Assembly: GCA_977020255.1 (NCBI GenBank)
Contig: CDROCS010004219.1
Location: 1-64,000, forward strand
From: Obrimoposthia wandeli
Lineage: Eukaryota
Direction of reading: 5' to 3'
Length of the DNA stretch: 64,000 nt
Below, piece by piece: positions 52,215 to 60,930 of this stretch. Every line of letters starts with the position of its first letter. Positions within the stretch are counted from its first letter, which is position 1. A program made the translations under genes and the position numbers. Below the pieces are notes generated by a model, which worked only from the letters and a program-made list of their open reading frames with translations, was not told the DNA's origin and made no database searches.

Positions 52215-53462
52215 ATGTATTACTTTCGATATTTTAGCCGCCAAGTCACACTCACATTTATTATTTTTAGTGCGTTTTTGAGCGGTTTATTTAGCATTTT
52301 AATATGGACAACAATTGAAAATACTGATGACCAAGTACGCAAAGATTTATTACAAGCGCAAAGCCAAAGATTGGTAGAAAACTTTAATCTTACAGGACGT
52401 ATCTATCAAAAAAATGAACTCTTTGGTATTCAAGTTCTGGTCGAAAAAAGAGATGAAATACCTGTTCATTGGTTAAAATTACCTATTGGTGTGTATGAAG
52501 AAGAAAAAGGAATGACACATCTAGAAAAAATATTATTAGAAATAGATAATAAAACTCGGCAAATATTCCTAGTTCACATACCCGCTGATGGAGATGTGTT
52601 AGATAAAAACAAATCCTCTGTACAGCTTATACTCGCCTTCATATCACTTATCGTCACACTAATAGGCTCTTTGGTCGGAGTATTGTTAGCAAGAAACCTA
52701 TCGCGTCCTGTACGAGAGCTCTCAGAAAAAATAGCTGACACTGACCCAAATAAACCGGTATTTCAACCATTGGAGCGCAATGACGAATTTGGAGAAATAA
52801 GCGCCGCTTTCGCCAGAATATTATTAAAGATAAACCAAGTAATTGAACGAGAAAAGCAATTTTCTGCTTATGTTAGTCACGAATTGAGAACCCCTGTCGC
52901 GGTTATTAAATCATCACTAGAGCTTCGAAAAATATGCCAAGAAAAACAGGACTCTAAAGCAGCAAAACAGATAGCAGAGCAAGCGCTGTCGCGAATGACT
53001 ATTGCCAATGCGCAAATGGAATTACTTATAGAGACATTCCTCTATCTTGGTAAAGAGACCAGTACGCCTCCTACCACCAGCGATGTTGACATAGCAAAGT
53101 TAGTACGTGCAAAAACAGCAGCTTATGAAGAGGAATATCAAGCAAAAAACATTAAGGTCACTCAAGATACCATTCCAGCGTTAACCATTAGATGTAATAA
53201 AAAAATGCTCGAACTTATCTTAGAAAACATTCTACGTAATACTTTTAGTTACTGTGCAGGCAGTATCTCTATCGTCTTAAAAGCTGATCGCTTTTATATC
53301 TACAACAATATTGATCAATTACGCATTGATACAGCAGAACACTTTGGTTTTGGCTTACAAATTGTTGAAGACCTTTGTAAATCTCAAGGCTGGTCTTTTA
53401 GCGCTGGTGTTGCCGCTACTAATCAGTACTTATCCACTATACATTTTCAAAATAATCCATAG
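52215..53462 (+). CDS. colS: Sensor histidine kinase, ColS-like
   Basis: Two TM segments, HAMP, REKQFSAYVSHELRTP, ENILRN, GFGLQIV; 3 bp after the regulator. Confidence 0.75.
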   Translation: MYYFRYFSRQVTLTFIIFSAFLSGLFSILIWTTIENTDDQVRKDLLQAQSQRLVENFNLTGRIYQKNELFGIQVLVEKRDEIPVHWLKLPIGVYEEEKGMTHLEKILLEIDNKTRQIFLVHIPADGDVLDKNKSSVQLILAFISLIVTLIGSLVGVLLARNLSRPVRELSEKIADTDPNKPVFQPLERNDEFGEISAAFARILLKINQVIEREKQFSAYVSHELRTPVAVIKSSLELRKICQEKQDSKAAKQIAEQALSRMTIANAQMELLIETFLYLGKETSTPPTTSDVDIAKLVRAKTAAYEEEYQAKNIKVTQDTIPALTIRCNKKMLELILENILRNTFSYCAGSISIVLKADRFYIYNNIDQLRIDTAEHFGFGLQIVEDLCKSQGWSFSAGVAATNQYLSTIHFQNNP

Positions 53463-53472
53463 TGAGTGACGT

Positions 53473-53895
53473 TTGATTAATCTGCTAATTAAAAAAAATA
53501 TACGTTTAGTTCGTTTTGCATGTGTCGGTAGTATCGGTTTTTGTGTAGACGCTTTAAGCTTAATTTTACTGGCGCTGTATCTACCCTACCCTATAGCAAG
53601 AGCCGTTTCTTTTTGGGTGGCAGCAAGCGCTAACTGGTGGCTAAATCGCAACTTTACTTTCAAAACAGAAGATAAAAACCAACCCAACAAACAACAGACA
53701 AAACGCAAACAGTGGCTATTCTTTTTATGCGTTAGTTGCATCGGTTTTATACCCAATTGGCTTTGTTATATATTCTTTTTAGAACACTTCTCGTGGGCAA
53801 GACAAATGCCCGTTATCGCCATTATCCCGGGCATTTTAGTCTCCATGCTGTTAAATTACTCACTTTCAAAGCGCTGGGTTTTTAACCAAAGATAA
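53473..53895 (+). CDS. GtrA-family flippase
   Basis: RFACVGSIGFCVD, NWWLNRNFTF, NYSLSKRWVF. Confidence 0.9.
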   Translation: MINLLIKKNIRLVRFACVGSIGFCVDALSLILLALYLPYPIARAVSFWVAASANWWLNRNFTFKTEDKNQPNKQQTKRKQWLFFLCVSCIGFIPNWLCYIFFLEHFSWARQMPVIAIIPGILVSMLLNYSLSKRWVFNQR

Positions 53896-53920
53896 TAGCA
53901 AGCTATTTAACAATAAAGAA

Positions 53921-54069
53921 CATTGCTGTCCGGTTTAGCTCTTGTTGCTCTCTAACGGATTGATTTTACGTTGTAGGCAAAGGTAATTTAGTTGCAAAGT
54001 CACTTTTTAGCTATAACAGATAATTAGAAATCAGTTAGAAGGCTTATATTTCTTAACCGGACAGTCATG
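53921..54069. mobile_element. MITE-like element, family 2 (149 bp)
   Basis: Imperfect terminal IRs CATTGCTGTCCGGTTTAG / CTTAACCGGACAGTCATG (15/18); related end at 6046-6086. Confidence 0.6.
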
Positions 54070-54158
54070 GATAAAGAACGAAAAACATGAACAATTTCTA
54101 ACTTTTCGCAGTAGATTAGTGGTAAATCCGACAGGCTCCTAGTCGGTACAATGGTCTT

Positions 54159-54326
54159 TAACCCGAATATTACACCCAATTGCTCGTGCCCTAGCTTGCT
54201 CCTTGTATTTACTGACTTTTCTTTCTCAATCAACCGAACGCACCCGTACGGCGCTCAATCGAAAGAATGCCTGTAAAAACAACTAGCGGCGCTATCATCA
54301 CGGCATTACATGCAATATCTGGGTTA
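54159..54326 (+). mobile_element. MITE family 1, copy 3 (168 bp)
   Basis: TAACCCGAATATTACA...TGCAATATCTGGGTTA. Confidence 0.88.
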
Positions 54327-54389
54327 AATGCAGCAAAGCGGGCCTTAAAATAACCTGCTTAGATTCAAGACATTTGCTATAACCGCACA

Positions 54390-55319
54390 TTACAATCCTT
54401 TACAAGACTTCCAATTTGATTGAGCATTCGGGCCAAAGTGATTAATCTTAAAATTTGCGGATGACTCCATTTGTTCAAATACTCGAGAATTTCCTACAAA
54501 GTGCATAACGGTACTTCCTTGAACCAGATTCTTGACGTGATAGTGGCTCAAACTGGCCAATAAGAAATAACCGTTTCTAGCAACAACGGTGATTTCAAGT
54601 TCTGATACCTCACCCTCTGCAATAGCGACTTCGGTGATGACCTTTTCATCACTGGCATGCAACACATCAATCGTATTTTCTTGCAGTGGTAGCGATTTGC
54701 CTTTTGCATCAAATACCGACTGTATTTTTATATCAAGCATTGGCAGCTCACCTTCATTTTTAATCACTAAATAAAACGCATTCGCTTTATTAGGAGCGGG
54801 CCATAACCAACCCATTAAATATGAATTACCGCCCGTGACTTGGCTAATCATCTCCCTGCTAGACTCTTTAACCTCTGTTGCTATTCCCGCAAAATCCTCA
54901 AGCAGTTCTTCCCTTAATTCTTTACGCATTATTTTGCGCTCATTTTCCTGCGCTTCCTTGGTATTTTGGTGAGATAAGGCATTCAAAAAAAGCCCAATTA
55001 AAGTGATCCCGACCAAGGCTTCTAAGGCGGTAACAAACTTGCCCAGTATCGTCAGCGGTAATATATCCCCGTACCCAAGAGTGGTGATAGTAACGACGCT
55101 AAAATGCAGGCTATCAACAAGGTTACGCAGTATGAATTCAAAAGAGCCACAGCGTTCACACACTTCTCTAAAGAGCATAAATTCTAGGAAATAATAGACT
55201 GAAAAGATAAGGATTAAGCTAAAATAGGCGTACCCATAAAACCCAGGAGGGTGAGCAGTAATTTTATCAATGACAGGCTTAATATAATTTTTAATGCGAG
55301 CCCTTTTGCTTTCGCCCAT
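54390..55319 (-). CDS. Two-TM potassium channel with unrecognised C-terminal domain
   Basis: HFSVVTITTLGYGD selectivity filter between two TM helices. Confidence 0.88.
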   Translation of the reverse strand: MGESKRARIKNYIKPVIDKITAHPPGFYGYAYFSLILIFSVYYFLEFMLFREVCERCGSFEFILRNLVDSLHFSVVTITTLGYGDILPLTILGKFVTALEALVGITLIGLFLNALSHQNTKEAQENERKIMRKELREELLEDFAGIATEVKESSREMISQVTGGNSYLMGWLWPAPNKANAFYLVIKNEGELPMLDIKIQSVFDAKGKSLPLQENTIDVLHASDEKVITEVAIAEGEVSELEITVVARNGYFLLASLSHYHVKNLVQGSTVMHFVGNSRVFEQMESSANFKINHFGPNAQSNWKSCKGL

Positions 55320-55365
55320 CAGTAAATACTCTCCATAAACTAGTTTAGCTACTGATAATACTATG

Positions 55366-55398
55366 AAAACAAAAACGCCCCAACCTATGTTGAAGCGT
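55366..55398 (-). terminator. Intrinsic terminator on the minus strand, upstream of the K+ channel gene
   Basis: ACGCTTCAAC-ATAG-GTTGGGGCGT (10-bp stem with G-U pairs) then TTTTGTTTT. Confidence 0.65.
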
Positions 55399-55522
55399 AG
55401 TTCTAAAAATATGACTTTAGATTACTTCGCAGTTGATCGCTTTGCAGTAAATCGCACTATGACTGAACTCAAATAGAGCGTTTATATCTCAATAATTGTG
55501 ACTATTACCCAGCTTTTAATCT

Positions 55523-55555
55523 TTCACATTTTTTCTACTTAACTAGCGTTACTCT
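55523..55555 (+). promoter_or_regulatory. ColR-type box 2 plus -10 element
   Basis: TTCACATTTTTTCTAC (55523-55538), 11 bp, TACTCT (55550-55555). Confidence 0.7.
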
Positions 55556-55617
55556 TACCCATATCTTTATAAGTAGGTAGCTGAAACCTCTGCTATGAAC
55601 AATGGTAAATATAAGTA

Positions 55618-56697
55618 ATGAATTCAAACAACACTCAATTCAAACCAGCTGTAAGCTCAGCATTGCTCAACATATTGCCTAATAACACTCCCACTGTGAG
55701 TATTATTATCGCTTACTACAACGAAGCAGAAGTGCTTCATGAATGCCACCAGCGCTTAGTCGACGTTTTAAACACTCTAAATCTACACTGTGAAATTGTC
55801 TATATTGATGATGGTAGCACTGACGAATCATGGGCTATTTTACAAGAATCTTTTATAAGCAAGCCTTCCCTTGACGCTCCAGTAAAAGAGACCAAAACCT
55901 CAATTGATATTACTAATTTGCGCTTGAGCCGCAACTTCGGTAAAGAAGCCGCCATGTGCGCAGGGCTAGAGCACTCGAAAGGTAAGGCAGTCATTTTATT
56001 AGATGCAGATTTGCAAGACCCACCAGCACTTATACCTCAAATGCTAGGCAAATGGCGCGAGGGCTACGACGTGGTTGATATGCAACGCAATACACGTAGC
56101 GGTGAAAGCTGGGCTAAATGCTTTTGTGCGAATATGTATTACAAATTACTCAATCAATTATCGGATCTTAGTATCCCTAAGAACGTGGGTGATTTCAGGC
56201 TGCTAGATAGACGTGTGGTAAAACAAATTAACAAATTACCTGAAAAAACCCGCTATATGAAAGGTCTGTTTGCATGGCCTGGATATAAGCGCACCACCTT
56301 AAAATTTGATCGCGAACCACGCCACGCAGGTCAAACTAAATGGGGCTACTGCAAGCTCTTACACTTAGCATTTGAGGGGATAACCTCATTTAGCACTAAA
56401 CCGTTAAAACTGGCGAGCCTTGCAGGTTTTGGCATCTCATTCATCGCACTAATCTTAGCTATTACCACTGTTGTTAAAACCCTCGTTTATGGTAATTCTG
56501 TGGCAGGCTATAGCTCTACTATCACCATTGTGCTGATGCTAGGTGGAGTGCAGTTATTGTCAATTGGTATTTTAGGTGAATATATAGGCAGGATTTTTAT
56601 CGAAAGTAAACAACGCCCGCTCTATTTAGTTATGGATCAGCAACACTCACCTCACATTAATAACCATCAAGAGGCAGGCAAAAAGCCAAATGAATAG
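55618..56697 (+). CDS. GT2 polyprenol-phosphate glycosyltransferase (GtrB/ArnC-like)
   Basis: YNEAE, IDDGSTD, LSRNFGKEAAM, LDADLQDPP, GDFRLLDR, GEYIGRIF. Confidence 0.95.
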   Translation: MNSNNTQFKPAVSSALLNILPNNTPTVSIIIAYYNEAEVLHECHQRLVDVLNTLNLHCEIVYIDDGSTDESWAILQESFISKPSLDAPVKETKTSIDITNLRLSRNFGKEAAMCAGLEHSKGKAVILLDADLQDPPALIPQMLGKWREGYDVVDMQRNTRSGESWAKCFCANMYYKLLNQLSDLSIPKNVGDFRLLDRRVVKQINKLPEKTRYMKGLFAWPGYKRTTLKFDREPRHAGQTKWGYCKLLHLAFEGITSFSTKPLKLASLAGFGISFIALILAITTVVKTLVYGNSVAGYSSTITIVLMLGGVQLLSIGILGEYIGRIFIESKQRPLYLVMDQQHSPHINNHQEAGKKPNE

Positions 56698-58177
56698 TGC
56701 AACTTTGAGTCAGTTAAAGCGAAATAAGATGCTAAGTATTTCTCTGTTACTTCTGATCGTGACATTAACCGTCAGGATACTCTCCCTTAATTTATACCCA
56801 GTAATGGATACGACTGAAGCCAGATACGGTGAAATGGCTAGGATCATGTTAGAAACAGGCAACTGGTTAACCCCAATGTTTGATTACGACGTGCCATTTT
56901 GGGGTAAACCTCCCATTTTTGCTTGGTTAAGTGCTACCGGTTTAAAGTACTTGGGGGATAATGAGTTTGCACTTAGAGCCCCGCATTTTTTGGTAGCCTT
57001 AGCTACATTGTCTCTGGTTTGGTATTTTGCTAATTCTGGAAATATATTTGATGGTATTCGCGTATCTGCTAACAAACATACTTTAAAACCTCCCTCAAAT
57101 TATGCTTGGTTAAGCTGTGCTTTATTAGCCTCGACCAGTATTTTTATCATTATCGGCGCAGCGGTTATGACGGACACGGCATTAATGTTTTCTGTATCGC
57201 TGGCAATGGCTAGTTTCTGGTTATATTGGCAGAAAAAGAGCCGCTATTGGGGGTATGTGTTTTTTATTGCTCTCTCACTAGGCATGTTATCTAAAGGGCC
57301 TATCGCGATCTTACTGGTGGGTATTAGTTTGTTTATTTGGGGCTGTTTCCAGTCTAGATGGCGAGAACTACCTAATTGCCTACCTTGGTGCGCGGGTATT
57401 GTTATTTTCATCGCACTTACCCTACCTTGGTATTTTTTTGCAGAGCGCGCTACCCCTGGTTTCTTGAATTACTTTTTAATAGGTGAGCATTTTAAACGAT
57501 TCTTTGTATCTGGCTGGCAAGGAGATCTGTACGGGAGCGCCCATAACAAAATGCGTGGCACTATCTGGGTTTATTGGGTATTTGCAACGCTCCCTTGGTT
57601 TCCTTTATTTGTCGTACAGTTAGTTCGCTACTATAAATCCGCTAATAAACACATTGAAAAAACACAAGGTATAGACTCATTTCTATATTGCTGGCTGTTA
57701 TCTCCATTGATTTTATTTTCCTTTGCTGGAAACATTTTGTGGAGTTATGTATTACCGGGTATTCCTGCATTTGCTTTACTTTTGGCTCGTTTTCAAATGC
57801 GCTGCCCACTCCCTGTAAAGTATTACTACTTAGGATTTTTCACCCCAATATTAATAATTGTTGCCGTCACTGTCATCGCAATTAACCCTAGTGCTAAATC
57901 GAACCAAAAACCATTAATAATCGCTTGGCAACAACAGCTAGAGTACAAAAATTCGACTATTTATTACCTTAAAAACCTGCCTTTTTCAGCGCGCTATTAT
58001 AGCCAAGGTAAAGCGAAATTAAGTGATGATTCGCTCATCAATATCACTGCTCATAAAGGCGCCAAGTTCATTGTGATCCGCTCTAAAGATATGCCTATTG
58101 ATCTAGCGATACTTGGTTGCGTAAAAAGGTTTTCAGCATCTAAACGAAGCTTAATTTATTGTATTAATAGTCAATAA
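56690..58177 (+). CDS. ArnT/PMT-family GT-C glycosyltransferase
   Basis: DTTEARYGEMAR..TGNW, KPP, KGP, PWY, EHFKRF; overlaps the GT2 stop. Confidence 0.92.
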   Translation: MNSATLSQLKRNKMLSISLLLLIVTLTVRILSLNLYPVMDTTEARYGEMARIMLETGNWLTPMFDYDVPFWGKPPIFAWLSATGLKYLGDNEFALRAPHFLVALATLSLVWYFANSGNIFDGIRVSANKHTLKPPSNYAWLSCALLASTSIFIIIGAAVMTDTALMFSVSLAMASFWLYWQKKSRYWGYVFFIALSLGMLSKGPIAILLVGISLFIWGCFQSRWRELPNCLPWCAGIVIFIALTLPWYFFAERATPGFLNYFLIGEHFKRFFVSGWQGDLYGSAHNKMRGTIWVYWVFATLPWFPLFVVQLVRYYKSANKHIEKTQGIDSFLYCWLLSPLILFSFAGNILWSYVLPGIPAFALLLARFQMRCPLPVKYYYLGFFTPILIIVAVTVIAINPSAKSNQKPLIIAWQQQLEYKNSTIYYLKNLPFSARYYSQGKAKLSDDSLINITAHKGAKFIVIRSKDMPIDLAILGCVKRFSASKRSLIYCINSQ

Positions 58178-58290
58178 GCTTATTTTAAAATTTGTAATAG
58201 TAAGGCACATTTTTCTAGATAGGCGCACGTACGGCGCAGTACCTACTTAATATTACTTAATATTGAAAATATAAATAGAGGAATAATGTA

Positions 58291-58821
58291 ATGCTCAAAA
58301 CTTGGTAGTTGTTTCTTTCTGCGTTTTGGTTTTGTAGTTTAGTACAAGCCAGCGCACAAAAACTAGAGACTGTAGCTCAATCACAGTTTGCTATGAATGG
58401 CGTCGCTATTACGACGAATAAACGTATATTTGTATCTATGCCACCAATGCGAACCAGTTAGCGCAACAGGTTGAAGTGGTCACTGACAATCGGTGGTATC
58501 ACCAAAGATAAAAATGATAACCTGTACTTGGGAAAAGTCCAAGATAAAGCAATTACGGTTATCAAACAGGGAAAAATAGTCGGCAACCTCATACAAGATG
58601 ACCGATTGTTATGGCTCGATGCAATGGATATTCACGAAAATTTTCTTTATATTCCATGCCCTCAGCTTAAGTTGCTTGCAAAGATGAATAAAGGAATAAG
58701 TAAAACCCGGGGTAAATTTAGCCTATACCGCTACCCTCTTAAAACCAAAAACCTTACATTACTCTCAAGCCTAGATCGTATGTTTTCTCTGCTTCACTCA
58801 CTACAAAAATATACGTTCTAG
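58291..58821 (+). pseudogene. Major royal jelly protein (MRJP/yellow)-family pseudogene with internal deletion
   Basis: One frame from ATG 58291 with two in-frame TAG stops; signal peptide, GVAITTNKRIFVSMP joined almost directly to GGITKDKNDNLYL..DDRLLWLDAM..FLYI. Confidence 0.75.
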
Positions 58822-59089
58822 ATAACTCTACCCATTAGATCCAATACATTTTAATTATCATTAACCACCTTAAATTCGGCCTTTCGTGCCCCTTGATTTG
58901 ACCTTAATATCTGTCAATATCACATCCACCACCTAACATCGATCCAAATATGGGTCTTTAAATCAACAGGGAATTAATTGTTTGGCTAAGCAAAGAAAAC
59001 ATACGATGATAGAGCTTATGTAAATATAGAAACGATTGTATGCACTTTAATAGCCACTAATAACTAGAGTGAAAAACCTAAAAAATAGT

Positions 59090-59122
59090 TGCACATTTTT
59101 TTTACATACTCAGCTATATAAT
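59090..59122 (+). promoter_or_regulatory. ColR-type box 3 plus -10 element
   Basis: TGCACATTTTTTTTAC (59090-59105), 11 bp, TATAAT (59117-59122). Confidence 0.75.
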
Positions 59123-59180
59123 TTTAAAGAATCTAAGCGATACCGCTTGGTTATTATTTAAACCTATATAGTAATATTTT

Positions 59181-60485
59181 ATGAATAAAAATTTAAATGC
59201 TAGTTTTTTAATATTAATACTAGCGATAGCTTTACCTATTGGATCGCTCTCACTGCAATTAGCCACACCAAAATGGCCTGAGTTTTGGCAAGTACGTGCT
59301 TTTTTAGTCACTTATAGCGGCATAGTGACGATGATACTTATGTCATTGACCATTATCCTGTGTGCTAAAAACCGGCATCTAGAAAAGTGGTTATCAGGGT
59401 TAGATCAACAATATCGGTTACATAAATACCTAGGTATCACCACCGTATTTTGTGCGCTCTTACATTGGCTAAGTTTTATGTCTGACGACATTGCAATGGA
59501 ACAAGGTTTCATAGCAGCCACAGAGGAGAAATACCCTTTTTTCAAACTGATAAATTGGATGGGTGATCCTGCGCAGTTTTTAGGTGAATGGGGATTTTAC
59601 CTCAGTGCATTTATTGTTTTTATTGCTTGGGCTAAATATTTTGCGCACCATATCTTTCAACTAGCACATAAACTCTTACCCTATATCTACCTTCTACTCG
59701 TTATACACATGCTCATTTTTTTAGATATAAAGCTATGGTTATCGCCACCTGGCATTGTATTAGCAATAACTACTTTGTTAGCCAGTATCTCAAGCTTATT
59801 GGCAATATTAGGTATCAATGGAAAAAACAACCGCAGCTTAGCCACCTTAAACAAAGTCACTAGTCTTAAAAGTGGAGTGGAGATCACATTGCAACTGGCA
59901 TCAAACACACAAACATACCAAGCAGGACAATTCGCATTTATTCGCTTTGATCAAAAAGAGAATGCGCATCCGTTTAGTCTTGCATCAAAGGTCACGAGCG
60001 AGGGTAAAGTGCGGTTTTTAATTAAAGCCAATGGGGATTACACAAACACATTTGCAAACAACCTAAACCTTGGACAGCAAGTACAATTAGAGGGCCCTTA
60101 TGGCTACTTTGATTTTATTGATGAAGCTAAACATCATGTTTGGATAGCAACCGGTATTGGCATAGCCCCGTTTCTGTCCGCATTAGAAAACATCCCTAAA
60201 AACACACGAATAGATTTATTTTACACATACAGTATCGCTGATGAAATATTACTCTCACGGCTGATGTCACGAGCAAAAAAATCCAATGTAAGATTGCATC
60301 TAATTAATACGAGCACCTCACCACGGTTAACCCCTAATGATATATTGAAAACCATTAAAGACATTTCTATATGCAGTGTTTGGTATTGTGGCTCGCTTAT
60401 TCTGGGAGATCTTTGCGAGAAAGCGCTGCGTAAAGCAGGATTAGCTAGCCATTCATTTCATAGAGAGTTATTCAATTTCAGATAG
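59181..60485 (+). CDS. Ferric-reductase-like membrane oxidoreductase (TM heme, FAD, NAD domains)
   Basis: YRLHKYLG, ALLHW, AHK..IH, HPFSLAS, EGPYGYF, ATGIGIAPF, YCG, FHRELFNFR. Confidence 0.9.
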   Translation: MNKNLNASFLILILAIALPIGSLSLQLATPKWPEFWQVRAFLVTYSGIVTMILMSLTIILCAKNRHLEKWLSGLDQQYRLHKYLGITTVFCALLHWLSFMSDDIAMEQGFIAATEEKYPFFKLINWMGDPAQFLGEWGFYLSAFIVFIAWAKYFAHHIFQLAHKLLPYIYLLLVIHMLIFLDIKLWLSPPGIVLAITTLLASISSLLAILGINGKNNRSLATLNKVTSLKSGVEITLQLASNTQTYQAGQFAFIRFDQKENAHPFSLASKVTSEGKVRFLIKANGDYTNTFANNLNLGQQVQLEGPYGYFDFIDEAKHHVWIATGIGIAPFLSALENIPKNTRIDLFYTYSIADEILLSRLMSRAKKSNVRLHLINTSTSPRLTPNDILKTIKDISICSVWYCGSLILGDLCEKALRKAGLASHSFHRELFNFR

Positions 60486-60930
60486 AGCCTTTTTTCATAT
60501 ATTCAGCGAAAGGCACTAAAGGCACCGGCTCAAATTGATAACCTTTATTTGAATAAATTATAATAGAAATCAGTGCCGTTGCTTATCAAAAAGGCTGGCT
60601 GTTTTGCAAAACCAGCTTCGCCCTCCCTAACGCTAACCTATGGGCTAAAACATCGCTTATGGTAGGTTATAGCTCTTAAAACCAGAGCAACTTTACGCTT
60701 TTATTTCTAAACAAAACACTTATCCCAAGCCTCAATACAGTCAATGTTCAGCTACAGTAAGCCAATATAGGTTATTAAGTGGTAATAATTTAGTGACTGC
60801 TTTCTAGAAAACAAAACTTACTCATATAATTTTTATTGCTAATTTCGTTCCAGAGCACAGTTATATCGAGCACACATGAGTGTGCTTTTAACAATCTGTA
60901 AACTTGTATTTGACGACACGGACGCTGTAA

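Noticed and set aside
28378-54326. CRISPR or integron interpretation of the repeats
   Set aside because: Copies are dispersed, not regularly spaced; no spacers, cas or intI genes; no complete RYYYAAC...GTTRRRY attC fold found.
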